Source: Candidatus Gottesmanbacteria bacterium (lineage in GTDB: Bacteria; Patescibacteriota; Microgenomatia; UBA10105; UBA927). From it: DNA of 64,000 bases. Both the position numbers and the translations under genes were made by a program. The notes beneath the pieces are model-generated. The model saw only the letters and a list, made by a program, of their open reading frames with translations. It was not told the DNA's origin and did not search any database. The stretch lies in assembly GCA_023245355.1 (NCBI GenBank), contig JAHFKN010000003.1:57368-121367 (forward strand), in the 5' to 3' direction. Shown piece by piece: positions 18,021 through 27,778 of the stretch (positions within the stretch are counted from its first letter, which is position 1; every line of letters starts with the position of its first letter).

Positions 18021-18094
18021 TGGAGCCCCCAGTCAGAATTGGACTGACATCAGCGGTTTACAAAACCGTCGCTCTGCCGTTGAGCTATGGAGGC
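18021..18094 (-). tRNA. tRNA-Thr (anticodon TGT, probable), CCA encoded
   Basis: Acceptor GCCTCCA/TGGGGGC, D-stem GCTC/GAGC, anticodon stem ACGGT/ACCGC (one mismatch) with loop TTTGTAA, short variable arm, unusual T-loop TCCAATT. An alternative register would give GTA, but the type I variable arm argues against Tyr. Confidence 0.65.
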
Positions 18095-18760
18095 GTATAC
18101 CTGATTTTACCAAAGCCAAAGCAAATAGGGAACCGCGGGATACGCTAAGAGAAGAAAAAATAAGTGCTGCCGCGTGTCGAGTTGAAGTATTTTCCCCGAT
18201 TTGAGCAATCGGAAAGACTGATTTGAATACCTCGGTACTCAAATACGTTAGTCTTGTTACTTCCTAAGAGTATCAAAGGAAGCTACCTCAATGTTAAAAT
18301 TCTGTGGAGGAAAATTATCCACAACTCTACACGGGCATATTCATCGTAAAACAACCCGGTAATGACTGTCAAGTGGGGTTATTTGAGCGCGAGAAGCTGA
18401 AACAGCGTGAGGATGGTGAGCGTATTGGACATGAATAAAATCCAGGTAAGTTTTTCATGAAGCGGGGTAGCTTCCCACGCAGCGTCAAAATACTCGGTCC
18501 AGATTAAGCGGTTCAGCTTAAGGCCCAGGGCAATTGTTTTCCCCGTCGGCGAAAGAATGCGTGAATGAAAATTTCTGATAAACCGTGCCATACGGCTAGA
18601 AGTATATGGCAGGAACGTGAATTTCTGTTATGCATCACAATGATGTAGTTATATTCTTTTTGTCAGGTCGGCAGAACGGGGTGTTTGCGGGGTGATTACG
18701 AATCCCGGGGGAGGCACGCGCAGGCAAGCTACGAAGCGTTGTACGAAGCTGACTGACCCG

Positions 18761-19309
18761 TCAGACCATATCTTTGTCTATGAGGTTCCGCAGATACACG
18801 GATTTCGGCACACGGTTCTTTTTGGCCTGTTTCGCGAGGTAGGCCGCTTGTTTGCTGGATATGAAAAACGTAAATCTCGTATCAGCTTCGCCGCGGACAA
18901 AGTGGAGAAAATCCGTGATAATGGAAAGCAGTGTTTCCGGCGTGTACATTTCGCATACGATTTTTTCGTTTTCGTGATATGCGAAAAGTGCCGGCGGATC
19001 ACCCTCACTGTAAAGGATAAGGACGGGCTTGCCGCGATCGAGCGCCATGGATATTTCGTATCCGACACTGATAGAGGGGAAGCTGGTTTCAGCTATCAGA
19101 AAATCCGAGGAATTGATGCCGTCTTCGAGTCGCTGATGAAACGCCAGCCGTTTTTCCCTGGATTGGAGCTGGATATCTTTTTCGGAGACATTGAGGATAT
19201 GCTCGTCGAGCATTTCCACGCCTTTAGATTTTAACAGTTCCACAATCTGCTGGTATTTCGACAGATGATACTTCCGGCCGACAATGGATGCAGTAAAGTA
19301 TGCGCGCAT
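18761..19309 (-). CDS. Rcl/DNPH1-like (nucleoside 2-deoxyribosyltransferase superfamily) protein with C-terminal RHH-like tail
   Basis: N-terminus RAYFTASIVGRKYHLSKYQQIVELLKSKGVEMLDEHI parallels the Rcl motif YFCGSIRGG...IV..L..G....EH. The C-terminal about 40 aa (RFTFFISSKQAAYLAKQAKKNRVPKSVYLRNLI) look ribbon-helix-helix-like. Confidence 0.35.
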   Translation of the reverse strand: MRAYFTASIVGRKYHLSKYQQIVELLKSKGVEMLDEHILNVSEKDIQLQSREKRLAFHQRLEDGINSSDFLIAETSFPSISVGYEISMALDRGKPVLILYSEGDPPALFAYHENEKIVCEMYTPETLLSIITDFLHFVRGEADTRFTFFISSKQAAYLAKQAKKNRVPKSVYLRNLIDKDMV

Positions 19310-19317
19310 AGGTGTGT

Positions 19318-21261
19318 TTAGGTGTGATGGGATCTCGTACGTAGTATACCATGAGTCGCGAGATAGGCGTGCTGGATGGCAGGATCGGAGTGGTCATCGG
19401 CAAGTTTGGGCATAAGACTCCGGAATTTTTTAAGATCCGTTCCGGCGGCGACCCCCTGTTCAATAACCTTGATGGAGGGAACCAATACCACCTCTCCTTG
19501 CGAGTTGTTTGCCGGTACGAAGCGGGGGAGCAGTGTTTCGGATTGTTCCAGCAGTGTACACATATCGCCCAGCGACCGGATGATGGATAAGCCGAGCCGG
19601 GAAACGCCGCCCATATGTTTTCCCCGGACCATCAGAATGGGTATCATATCGCCGACAAGAAAATACGGCCACAGATTAAAAAATTCACGTAAGTCATCAA
19701 ATGCCACGTTCGTTTCTTCCGTAGACATGGGCTTGTCGCCCGTGCGGTCCGTATCAAGTTTCATAACGACCGGAATCGGCGTACCGTCGTGACCCGGGCT
19801 CGAATGGAGGAGTACGGAATATCCGGTAAACATTTCGCTGGCACTCGGTCGGTCCAAGTCCCCCTGACCGAGGGCAATGAGGGGTTTAGAGCCGATTTCA
19901 TGGTCTCCGGTGGCCAGATAATGCTCGATATGGTGCATTCCCGGATGGTTACCTTTCTCTAGCGTGTCGAGCAAAAATGCGTATGCGACAACATGAAACA
20001 GATGATGGATTACACGCCGGTCGGCAGGAGCGTGGTCGTTAGCCGCAGCGTTTTTCCATGCGTGGAAATACTCGCGGACCATCGCGCGCACGGAAGAAGA
20101 TTTTTTAAGATACAGATTCCATAGTGTTTCCGTGACATCTACCAGGCGGGAGATGCCGGGTATCCAATTATTCTGTAAGTCGGCATAGGTCATCGCACCT
20201 CTGTGAAGCACGCCTGTGTGTTCGATGTCGCGATAGACGTTTTCGGAATGCGTCAGAAGGGAAAAAATGCGTTTTTCCTTGGCGAGTTTTATCAGGATTT
20301 CTTTTGTAAATCCTCCGGCAGCAATGACATGTGCATTGGAAAGCACGTCTATACGGTCAAGACCTGCATACAGGTTGCCGGTTTCTTTTTCATACACTTC
20401 AATCGGGCTTACGATGGTAATATCCCGCTTTAGCTGTGACAGCGCCTGACGCTGCGCAATTTTTTGCACGATTCCTGCATACAGGCCTTTATCGGGGGTT
20501 ATGACCGAAACACCGTGCCGCGGCAACGTCCGCCAGAGTTTTTGTACCGATTCCAGACGTTGTGGTGCGGATTTGTCCGACGGATATTCTGCGGCTAGGG
20601 CATCGATATGGTCGAAGATAAACGTCAGCGAAGGAATTTCGGCGTGCGCCTCTTCGTTCGCAAGCATTTGGCCGCGTCTGCCGCATGTCGTGTGTTCGAT
20701 TAACGGCTCGACAAGGATATGTTTTCCCTGTCTTCCGTAATGGATAAACCGTTTAATCAGCGCGCTGGCCGTCGGATAAAATCTGTGTTTGGAGGGAATA
20801 TACGCAAATTCTATGTCGCCTGCCAGTACCCGGCCGACGTTGGATATATCGATCCCCATAGCCTCTGCGGATATGCCTTTGTCGACGCAGACGAGTACCC
20901 CGAAGAGCGGTTTCGGTTGGCCGGGCGTATACCAAAGGGATTTGTCTTTTACCTGCAGGTGCTGGTAGGCGGGGTCACCAAGCTGCAATGCGCGGGTGTT
21001 GATCTGGAGGATAATTTCTTTGGTGAGCGTTGCAATCTCGTCTGCGCGTTTTGTGAAACTTTTCCGTAATGAGTCCAGATTTTGGGAAATACCAAGTGTG
21101 ACCGCCAGCTCTTTGGGGAATGCCATAGCCTGCAGGCCCTCCATATAGGTTCGGATTGCCTGTGCTATGACATCAGGCGAAACGCTGCCGTCGATGATTG
21201 TTTCTACCCGTGCGTTTGCATGATTTTTCATATCAATAAAAGACAATAATAGTGCATTCAT
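19318..21261 (-). CDS. Large hypothetical protein (647 aa), no confident family assignment
   Basis: Long intact ORF. Contains VCVDKG and EHTTCGR (HxxCG), faintly reminiscent of beta-carbonic-anhydrase metal-site motifs, but no global match recognised. Confidence 0.4.
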   Translation of the reverse strand: MNALLLSFIDMKNHANARVETIIDGSVSPDVIAQAIRTYMEGLQAMAFPKELAVTLGISQNLDSLRKSFTKRADEIATLTKEIILQINTRALQLGDPAYQHLQVKDKSLWYTPGQPKPLFGVLVCVDKGISAEAMGIDISNVGRVLAGDIEFAYIPSKHRFYPTASALIKRFIHYGRQGKHILVEPLIEHTTCGRRGQMLANEEAHAEIPSLTFIFDHIDALAAEYPSDKSAPQRLESVQKLWRTLPRHGVSVITPDKGLYAGIVQKIAQRQALSQLKRDITIVSPIEVYEKETGNLYAGLDRIDVLSNAHVIAAGGFTKEILIKLAKEKRIFSLLTHSENVYRDIEHTGVLHRGAMTYADLQNNWIPGISRLVDVTETLWNLYLKKSSSVRAMVREYFHAWKNAAANDHAPADRRVIHHLFHVVAYAFLLDTLEKGNHPGMHHIEHYLATGDHEIGSKPLIALGQGDLDRPSASEMFTGYSVLLHSSPGHDGTPIPVVMKLDTDRTGDKPMSTEETNVAFDDLREFFNLWPYFLVGDMIPILMVRGKHMGGVSRLGLSIIRSLGDMCTLLEQSETLLPRFVPANNSQGEVVLVPSIKVIEQGVAAGTDLKKFRSLMPKLADDHSDPAIQHAYLATHGILRTRSHHT

Positions 21262-21518
21262 ATGCCGCTGTCGATATTATCCTGATACGCATATCGGTGA
21301 TGTATTTGCTTTTTAAAATATTCTTGTATTATGTCTTACAATATGTCGGCAGAACACGGGGGACATGGCAGTTCAGGAGGCATCTTTTTTATTGAGGGGG
21401 TTGCAGAGCCCTCGGAAGACGTGTGGAACAGTATTTTTGATATTTTTACGTTGTTTATCTTCGGGCTTTTTGCCATATTCGATACGCCGATAAAAAGCGA
21501 AACGCATAGCGGCGGACA

Positions 21519-22247
21519 TTAGCCGTTTAACATCTGCGGGAGTTTCCAGACATCGAAAATACTCGGTTTGAGCACGGTAATCCTTCTGATACCGATTTTT
21601 TTGTGGATAAGATTTTCGTAGGCATCGACGATATGGTTCCGGAATTTTGCCGTGTCGCGCCATGACAGATCAAGTTGTTTGGCATATACATCCGGCGCCC
21701 ATCCGTCGCAGTTGAAAGCGAATATGCCGTTAAGTCGCAATCCGTACGGATCCAAAGACATATTTTTATGCCAGTTGAGTACGGCGTGCGAATTCCTCGC
21801 ATGCTCACCGTAGTATGTTGATATTGTTCCGTTAAGCGCGCGGACACGCTCCAGCCGTTCATCTCCCCGCACGCGTTCCGGAGCCCCCACAAGACCGGGA
21901 TCGTGTTCTACGATGGCTGCATATGCGCATCCTTTGGCGCTGTAATGATGATGCGTATCCACATGGGCAGAAATCGGTATGCCGGCTGCAACTGTTGCGT
22001 CCCACGCTTCGTGTTCCCGCAAGCCGAGAATTTTCTTAAGTCCGTCTACTACTGAAAATGTCGCACCCGGGAGCTCTACGCCCCTCATAACGTCAGATTG
22101 GCGCTCGTCGACGCACCGCAGTTCCCAGGGTGATTCAGGATGAAGAAACAGCCGGAGCACCCGCCCGGGATTTGTCTGGAGCATTTCTGCTTCGGGTCTT
22201 GAAAGAAATCGATTCATACCTTTGTAGAAAAAAGGTATTATACTCAC
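21519..22247 (-). CDS. Hypothetical protein
   Basis: 242-aa ORF with a His cluster (HVDTHHHYSAKGCAYA). No recognisable family. Confidence 0.35.
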   Translation of the reverse strand: MSIIPFFYKGMNRFLSRPEAEMLQTNPGRVLRLFLHPESPWELRCVDERQSDVMRGVELPGATFSVVDGLKKILGLREHEAWDATVAAGIPISAHVDTHHHYSAKGCAYAAIVEHDPGLVGAPERVRGDERLERVRALNGTISTYYGEHARNSHAVLNWHKNMSLDPYGLRLNGIFAFNCDGWAPDVYAKQLDLSWRDTAKFRNHIVDAYENLIHKKIGIRRITVLKPSIFDVWKLPQMLNG

Positions 22248-22273
22248 GGAAAAATATACCGGTCAAGAGGTGC

Positions 22274-22963
22274 TTAGATGATGCCTGCAGTCCCGACGCC
22301 GGGCAACAGCAACGACAAAACGAAATTGATGACGGGGGAAATAACACGGCTTATCGGGGATGCACCTCCGAAAACCGGAAACACGAGAAACAGCAGAAAA
22401 ATCATGCCGTACGATTCCAGTTCCTGCCATTGCCGGGCATATTCTGCCGGCAGCAGTCCTCCGACAATTTTAAATCCGTCCAGCGGATGGATCGGTACGA
22501 GATTAAAAATTGCCAGGAATACGTTCATGATGATGATCGGCTGAATGATGATATACGCAACCATGGCATACGGACCGGAAAGAAACGCGCGGAGAATAAG
22601 CGATAATGCCGTGGCAAGCGCGATGTTTGATACGGGTCCGGCAAAGGAAATTATCGCCGCATCCCGCTGGGGATTCTTGAGATTGAACGGATCAAATACA
22701 ACCGGTTTGCCCCATCCGAATCTGGCAATAAGCAGCATCAGTGTGCCGAGCGGATCCAGATGAGCCAGGGGATTTAGCGTGAGGCGTCCCTGCAGGCGGG
22801 GCGTGGGGTCTCCCAGGCGGTCGGCTGCGAGTGCATGGGCAAATTCATGAACGGTTATAGCTACTACCAGCGCGATCAGCCAGGAAAAGAATCCAAATGG
22901 ATTATTGAAGAGTTCACCCAACATATGGTATAGTATAGCTTCTATGGCACTCAAATGCGACAT
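22274..22963 (-). CDS. Site-2-protease-like zinc metalloprotease (peptidase M50 family)
   Basis: HExxH in a TM helix (ITVHEFAHALAA) and downstream LNPLAHLDP (LDG-like motif). Polytopic. Confidence 0.6.
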   Translation of the reverse strand: MSHLSAIEAILYHMLGELFNNPFGFFSWLIALVVAITVHEFAHALAADRLGDPTPRLQGRLTLNPLAHLDPLGTLMLLIARFGWGKPVVFDPFNLKNPQRDAAIISFAGPVSNIALATALSLILRAFLSGPYAMVAYIIIQPIIIMNVFLAIFNLVPIHPLDGFKIVGGLLPAEYARQWQELESYGMIFLLFLVFPVFGGASPISRVISPVINFVLSLLLPGVGTAGII

Positions 22964-23201
22964 CTGTTCGAAACATTCCGTAGCTGGGGGAACCCATAAG
23001 CACCACCGCGGTGTTGCCGGCGGTCAGTGGAAACGACGGGCAACCCATACCAAGCGGACTATCGGTGTGAACATGCATTGGGTCACGATGCCGGTTGACG
23101 GCGTCATGACTCGTCTTCATGCGTGTGCAAGTTGTATCAAGCGCGTGAGGTTTGATATCAAGAAAAAAGCAGCTGCATCAGCTGCAGTAGCAACCGCGTA
23201 A
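22944..23201 (+). CDS. rpmB: 50S ribosomal protein L28
   Basis: MALKCDICSKHSVAGGTHKHHRG...HTKRT...HACASCIKR matches bL28 with a zinc-ribbon Cys pattern. Start taken at the internal Met of ORF 22905..23201. Confidence 0.6.
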   Translation: MALKCDICSKHSVAGGTHKHHRGVAGGQWKRRATHTKRTIGVNMHWVTMPVDGVMTRLHACASCIKRVRFDIKKKAAASAAVATA

Positions 23202-23220
23202 CAATGAGTAACGGCTGACG

Positions 23221-23517
23221 TTACTTCGGTTGGCAGAGGAATACCTGACATCCCCGGGCATCAGAACCCAGTTTCCACTCACCATTGCATTCCGATGACT
23301 GCGGAAGCTGTCCGTTAAATGCCGCCAGCGGATTGGGACAGGCGAGTCCCGCCCGGCTCCGGAGATCAAGCGCGACACCTTTCATGCTGGCAACTACGAC
23401 AACCAGAAGAAGGAACGCGAGAGTCAGGAATATGACAAAGTTCCATGAGCCCAAGTCTTTGCCCATCTTCGAAGATAGTGATGGTTTTGCTTGGATGCGG
23501 GATTTTTTTCTGGCCAT
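23221..23517 (-). CDS. Small membrane-anchored Cys-containing hypothetical protein
   Basis: Internal start MARKKSRIQ, single TM, Cys-rich C-terminus. Confidence 0.3.
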   Translation of the reverse strand: MARKKSRIQAKPSLSSKMGKDLGSWNFVIFLTLAFLLLVVVVASMKGVALDLRSRAGLACPNPLAAFNGQLPQSSECNGEWKLGSDARGCQVFLCQPK

Positions 23518-23844
23518 ATATATTTCCTCCTTGGAACTATATCCAGCGTAGAGAAATGCGTGAAATGTGTCAAGGGGGAAGCGGAGTAAAATATTGACTT
23601 TGAAAAGAGAGCCGTAGATAATATGCCTCATGAAAAGAACAGCACCTAGAATTCGTAAAGAAAAAGGTACTGCCGGTCAGGATGAAACCGTTTTCGGTCT
23701 CTCACTACGACCATTACCTGTTGAAACATCGATGCGTTCGGGTGATCATCCGCTAAGACCGGTGCGGGAAGAAAAGAAAAAGAAAGATGAACGGACGGCA
23801 GTTTCCTTCCTTTCGTTGCCCCGGATCTGGGACATATTTGCAAG

Positions 23845-24795
23845 TTAAGGTAAAGGCGAAAGATAGGCCTCGGCAAACTGTTTCCACGAAACAGATTTTT
23901 TCCCTTCCAGCTGAACCTGGTCAATTGCCAGGATGTTATGGTCCAGGTGGAGCTCGAGAATTTTGAGCCGTAAGGGTTCCGTATTGTGTTGTGCGTGTAT
24001 TATCCTGGTCCATACTCCCGGCCACGGGTGTAGTGCGCGGTATTTCCGTTCTATCCTTTCGGCATCAGCGCCGGAGGACATGGCTGCAGCAATTGCCTCC
24101 CATGGTTCGAAACCGTCTTCCCGTGTAAATTTCCGTGCGTATTTGGGCTTTTCGCTTCCTATGTGCGAAACAGGACGGGTTGCTTTGAGTTTTCCCTGAA
24201 TAACGACAGGTAATATGCCGGCAAGCAGATCCGCACCTATGGCAAAAAGTTTTGTCCGGAGCGGGTCACTCGTGTCTTTTGGGGTGATCGGAATTTTTTC
24301 CTGGGCCAGGATCAGGCCCTGATCAAATGTCTCCGACAATGTAACGACCGAAACTCCCGTCTGATGGTCTCCTTCCATAATTGCCCACGGCACCGGATCG
24401 GCTCCTCTCCAATAGGGAAGAATGCTCGGGTGGACATTTATGCCGCCGAATTTAGCATCCCGGATTGTATTCCAGGGAATTTTAATACCGTAGGACGCAG
24501 ACACTAACAGGTCCGCCTGTACGGGTTGCAGCGTATCGATCACCTGCTGTTCGTTTCTATACAGCCATGGTTTTTCGGGGTTACTTTCAAATGTCAGGAC
24601 GGGAATCGTGTGTTTTTTGGCCCACAGCTCTACCGGGGTGGCCGTGACGGTGTGATTTCTGCCAATGGGTTTCGGGGGCTGGGTAACTACAGCAGCGACC
24701 GTGCAGCCATTGACAGTCATGAGTTTTTCCAGCACGAGAACGGAATCCGTCGTGGAACCGAAAAAAATGATGGTTGTAGGATGATTAGTCTTCAT
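23845..24795 (-). CDS. fmt: Methionyl-tRNA formyltransferase
   Basis: IIFFGSTTDS N-terminus, SYGIKIP, HPSILPYWRGADPV (formyl-transferase SLLP motif region). Lies downstream of def. Start taken at MKTNHPTTIIFFG. Confidence 0.75.
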   Translation of the reverse strand: MKTNHPTTIIFFGSTTDSVLVLEKLMTVNGCTVAAVVTQPPKPIGRNHTVTATPVELWAKKHTIPVLTFESNPEKPWLYRNEQQVIDTLQPVQADLLVSASYGIKIPWNTIRDAKFGGINVHPSILPYWRGADPVPWAIMEGDHQTGVSVVTLSETFDQGLILAQEKIPITPKDTSDPLRTKLFAIGADLLAGILPVVIQGKLKATRPVSHIGSEKPKYARKFTREDGFEPWEAIAAAMSSGADAERIERKYRALHPWPGVWTRIIHAQHNTEPLRLKILELHLDHNILAIDQVQLEGKKSVSWKQFAEAYLSPLP

Positions 24796-24986
24796 TGTCT
24801 GATTTTGTGACTCCGGTTCCTTTGATCGGGTTGCCGCCGTGCAACGCCTGTTGAATTTGTCTGTCAACTTCTTTCACGAGTGCGGTCATAGGTTTTCTGG
24901 TTTTTGCCTGCACCGTTAACATATCCGATTTTTTCTTGAACAGATGCGAGATGAATGATGTTTCTTTACTTTGTAAGTCATTCATA

Positions 24987-25532
24987 TTACGGAAGCGGTA
25001 TTTCTTCCAGAAGTTCGTCGCCCTTTTCGTCTGTTGAGACCTGGAATAGTTTTTCCTGCTGTTCCAATACCCGTTGAGTAAAAAGAATACCGTTTACATG
25101 GTCCGTTTCGTGCTGGATGATCGTAGCCAGGAATCCTGAAAATTCTTCCTGATGTACGCAACCCGTTGCGTCCTGATACCGCAGGGTAAGCGAGGATGTG
25201 CGGCGGACTTTACCCCAGACGTTCGGTATGGACAGGCACCCTTCGAGTTTATTGCCGCGTTCAGGAACGCCGTCTGTCACTTCGTCGGATTTTTTGACAA
25301 TTTCCGGATTGATAAACACGCGGATTTTTGCCCGCTGGTTGGGTTTTGTGAGAAAAAGACGGATACTGACGCCAACCTGCGTTGCGGCTAAGCCGACACC
25401 TTTCGGGTTGACGGTTGCAAGCAGGGTTTCTTCCATTTCCGAGATGAGTTTTGCAAGTTTACCGTCAAATACGGTGACCGGGGATGCCGGGGTAGTGAGA
25501 ACAGAATTGGGAACATGCACGATAGGCTTCAT
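24987..25532 (-). CDS. def: Peptide deformylase
   Basis: GVGLAATQVG (motif 1), EGCLSIP (motif 2), QHETDHVNG (motif 3, HExxH). Confidence 0.8.
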   Translation of the reverse strand: MKPIVHVPNSVLTTPASPVTVFDGKLAKLISEMEETLLATVNPKGVGLAATQVGVSIRLFLTKPNQRAKIRVFINPEIVKKSDEVTDGVPERGNKLEGCLSIPNVWGKVRRTSSLTLRYQDATGCVHQEEFSGFLATIIQHETDHVNGILFTQRVLEQQEKLFQVSTDEKGDELLEEIPLP

Positions 25533-27778
25533 TTGACTTTCTCCGAAAAGTCCTTGTCATTGGGGTCGATATTCGTAAGATATTCCCTAAGGATTGCATT
25601 GGCTTCCGCAGGCTTTTTGGTTTCGGTGTAAAACACCCACAGCGCGTAATATGCGTCCCGGTATCCGGGTTTGAGCGATTTGGCTTTTTGTAGGTTTACG
25701 ATTGCCTGCGCTGAATCTCCTTCGCGACCCAACAGAATTGCAAGGTTATAGTAAATCTTCGGATCATTGGGAGAGAGCGACACGGCATATTTGAGTGTCT
25801 CTATGGCCTTTGCATTAAATGTCGGTTCAAGGGAGGAAAGCGTGTAGTATATTTTTGTCCGTGTTTTATAAAAATTGACATTTTTCGGAGACGTATTGAT
25901 TGCAGTAACACTTTCGCCGACAGAAAGAGCAGCCAGCTGGGCTGCCTGCGTGGCATTACTGCCTTCAAATGCGGCAACGGCAAGGGTGGCGTATGCGCTT
26001 CCGAGTTCATCGTGATAGGCAGGTTCGTTTTTATTGAGGCTGATAGCCTGAACAAATGCGGGGATTGCCTGACCGAATGAGCCGGACCGGACGAGGCGGT
26101 ATCCTTTGGCATACAGCGTATCTGCATACCAGAATGCCCCGATCCTCATGAGTAAGGAGATGCTGCCGATACAAAGAACCCAGATACTCCACCCCGGAAG
26201 ATTCATAGATTTTACATTGGTTCTGAGTTCCCGGCCGGAAAGCGCGACGCTGAATGCGGGGAACAGGAAAAGCACCAGTTGCATGACGACGACGGAAAAT
26301 CCGAAAAAGTTGGTAATCAGTACCGAAAACCATCCGGCAAACAATGCAGCCTGAAGAACGAATGTTGCAGCATCGTTCGATGCGGCGGTATTGTTGTTCT
26401 GCACCAGTTGTTTTCTGACAATTTTTATAAACCACCAGATGTAGGACGCGAGGAACAAAAGATAGCTACCGAGGCCGAATACCCCTGTAGTTGCCAGATA
26501 GTTGAGGTATTCGTTGTGCGCTTTATTATACAGGAAGTCCCATTCGCTTGTCTGGTTGTGGCCGACCGGCCGGTATTGGTAAAACGCGAATGCAAATGTT
26601 TCCGTACCGGTTCCGATGAGTTTTGTTTTCACTGTGCTTGCCCACGCGTTGATTGCCGCCTGCCACACGTATTTCCGGATCACGCCGGATTCCGTTCCTC
26701 CTACTTCAAGCGCCGGTCCCGTAGTTGCAGAGGGTGTCGCTTCTGCAGGTGCCGCCTGCTGCTTCGTGGTCAATGTGCGTACGGCGTTTTTCCACCCGGT
26801 GAATGTCACAAACCTGTCGATTGCCGGTGTTCCCGTGCCGTTTGCAAATACGATAAGAGCAAAAAGCAGGTGAAGGACAGCAACAGGTTTTACCTCCGGG
26901 AGGCGTTTAAGATGATCAAATGTTTTAACTCCGGTACCCGGTATAAGTGTAAGACACCAAAATACCGCGTCAGCGATGATAAATCCCAACAAGCCGGATC
27001 TGCTTCTGGTAAATAGCAGGACAGTAAACAGAAGGGTCGGCAGTACTGCATAGGCTGACATGAAAAACCAGCGGGTGCCGGTAGCTTTGTCCTGCTGCAT
27101 CCGTATGAGTCCAAGCGCCCAGGTGACGGGAATAAACGCGATGAGGTAGGCTGCCAGCCAGTTCGGTTGTCCGAGGGTGGAAAATACGCGGTTTTGGACG
27201 TCCTGTACCCATAGGTGTTTATCGATGCCCAGTCGCTCCAGCACGCCATAGAATGCGACTAAGGCAGCGGTAACCACCGCAGCCTTGAGAAGCGTAGGCA
27301 CAGACGTAAGGCGTAATGTGAGCACCGGCTTCTGTTTCAGCTTATTTTTTGCTGATTTGGCGGTTATCGGGGCCGTATCCCGTATTTCTTCCCTGTGTAT
27401 AAAGAGGTCTGCATTGTTTATGAATGCGTAGTAGAGCAGGACATACGAAATCACCGACCACAGCCCTCCGTTAAATCTGCTGTAGTACCCGAGCCAGCTT
27501 ACATGCGGATCAATCGAGAAAAGTGTGCTGACAAGCTGGGAAGTAGCAAAAAGCAGGATAGGGATGTCCAGGGGGGTGCGTTGTAAGCGGATTTCGCGCT
27601 GCCTGATCATTTTGACAAGCCAGCCCGTTGCCACAATCACGGTGATTCCGTACACCATCATCATTTTGTTGTACTCAAAGAGTTCGTAGTTCCAGGGGGT
27701 AAGAAGCAGGGGAACGAGGCTAAAAAGCAGGTAAAATCCTATTTTTATGCACGTGTTGCACAAGCTTATAAGCTTCAT
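25529..27778 (-). CDS. O-antigen ligase/Wzy-like polytopic membrane protein with C-terminal TPR repeats
   Basis: About 12 TM helices with a large periplasmic loop, then at least 4 TPR-like repeats (AYHDELGSAYATL..., KIYYNLAILLGREGDSAQA...). Confidence 0.5.
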   Translation of the reverse strand: MKLISLCNTCIKIGFYLLFSLVPLLLTPWNYELFEYNKMMMVYGITVIVATGWLVKMIRQREIRLQRTPLDIPILLFATSQLVSTLFSIDPHVSWLGYYSRFNGGLWSVISYVLLYYAFINNADLFIHREEIRDTAPITAKSAKNKLKQKPVLTLRLTSVPTLLKAAVVTAALVAFYGVLERLGIDKHLWVQDVQNRVFSTLGQPNWLAAYLIAFIPVTWALGLIRMQQDKATGTRWFFMSAYAVLPTLLFTVLLFTRSRSGLLGFIIADAVFWCLTLIPGTGVKTFDHLKRLPEVKPVAVLHLLFALIVFANGTGTPAIDRFVTFTGWKNAVRTLTTKQQAAPAEATPSATTGPALEVGGTESGVIRKYVWQAAINAWASTVKTKLIGTGTETFAFAFYQYRPVGHNQTSEWDFLYNKAHNEYLNYLATTGVFGLGSYLLFLASYIWWFIKIVRKQLVQNNNTAASNDAATFVLQAALFAGWFSVLITNFFGFSVVVMQLVLFLFPAFSVALSGRELRTNVKSMNLPGWSIWVLCIGSISLLMRIGAFWYADTLYAKGYRLVRSGSFGQAIPAFVQAISLNKNEPAYHDELGSAYATLAVAAFEGSNATQAAQLAALSVGESVTAINTSPKNVNFYKTRTKIYYTLSSLEPTFNAKAIETLKYAVSLSPNDPKIYYNLAILLGREGDSAQAIVNLQKAKSLKPGYRDAYYALWVFYTETKKPAEANAILREYLTNIDPNDKDFSEKVK

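Noticed and set aside
18315-18323. DnaA box TTATCCACA as evidence for oriC
   Set aside because: Single box only, part of a palindrome, and no dnaA/dnaN nearby. Insufficient for an origin call.
26279-27016. 245-aa Cys-rich plus-strand ORF
   Set aside because: Antisense to the 749-aa O-antigen-ligase/TPR gene. Cys richness reflects antisense of Ala/Gln codons.
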